This document shows, piece after piece, positions 63,631-64,000 of a DNA stretch of 64,000 nt. Origin of the DNA: Eledone cirrhosa (Eukaryota). The stretch is taken from the NCBI GenBank assembly GCA_964016885.1, contig OZ024742.1, forward strand, positions 275,962,001 through 276,026,000, in the 5' to 3' direction. Every line of letters begins with the position of its first letter. Position 1 is the first letter of the stretch. The translations under genes were made by a program, and so were the position numbers. The notes below the pieces were generated by a model. It was given only the letters and a program-made list of their open reading frames with translations. It had not been told where the DNA came from and did no database searches.

Positions 63631-64000
63631 ACTTGGGAGAGGGTGAATAGGGCTATGTGAAAATGATAAAGTGGAAGGGAGAGGAAAAGAAAGAATTGTT
63701 TTTAAAGGTTGGTCAGATATTTTTTACTGAAATAAAGAAGAGAAAATAAGATAAGGTGAAATGGATCAGAGGCAATGGAGGAAAGAATACAATTATGATA
63801 AGAATCTAGTAGCTGATGATTTCATGATCCTTGCAAAGTCTTTCAAATCATTATTCACGCCCCAGTCATGTTTTGGAGTGTTTTCAAAGACATATCTGAA
63901 TGTATGAGATTTATTTGGAATTTTTTCAAGGAGTTTGTCCAGGGACATTTGGAATTTTATGGTATCTGTTTCTGTTTTGATGTGTTTTGGTATGATATGA

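Overview
Eukaryotic, AT-rich, microsatellite-laden DNA. It is most likely a coleoid cephalopod (octopus-like), inferred from the tandem C2H2 genes and the RTE-LINE/SINE repeat families. Two intact protein-coding genes lie on the minus strand. One is a 675-aa C2H2 zinc-finger gene with a single coding exon and 22 intact fingers (21453-23480). The other is a 251-aa CD151/TSPAN11-like tetraspanin with seven coding exons (35164-60130), which I assembled by hand from GT-AG exons. A frameshifted tandem paralog of the ZNF lies at about 7.9-9.1 kb. The rest is mostly transposon debris: a full-length CsRN1-type Gypsy element (48854-54431), a truncated relative (18965-21457), a non-autonomous LTR element (271-2100), Penelope-like remnants with hammerhead-like motifs, a Helitron Rep fragment, RTE and CR1 LINE pieces, tRNA-derived SINEs, piggyBac/hAT MITEs and minisatellites. 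Most notable: (1) a Gypsy LTR inserted inside the last codon of the ZNF gene and supplies the stop, giving the same C-terminus as the paralog; (2) both Gypsy copies sit at GAAC; (3) both carry a conserved -1 frameshift cassette; (4) the SINE arrays look built by repeated insertion at one site. No CRISPR or prokaryotic system is supported.
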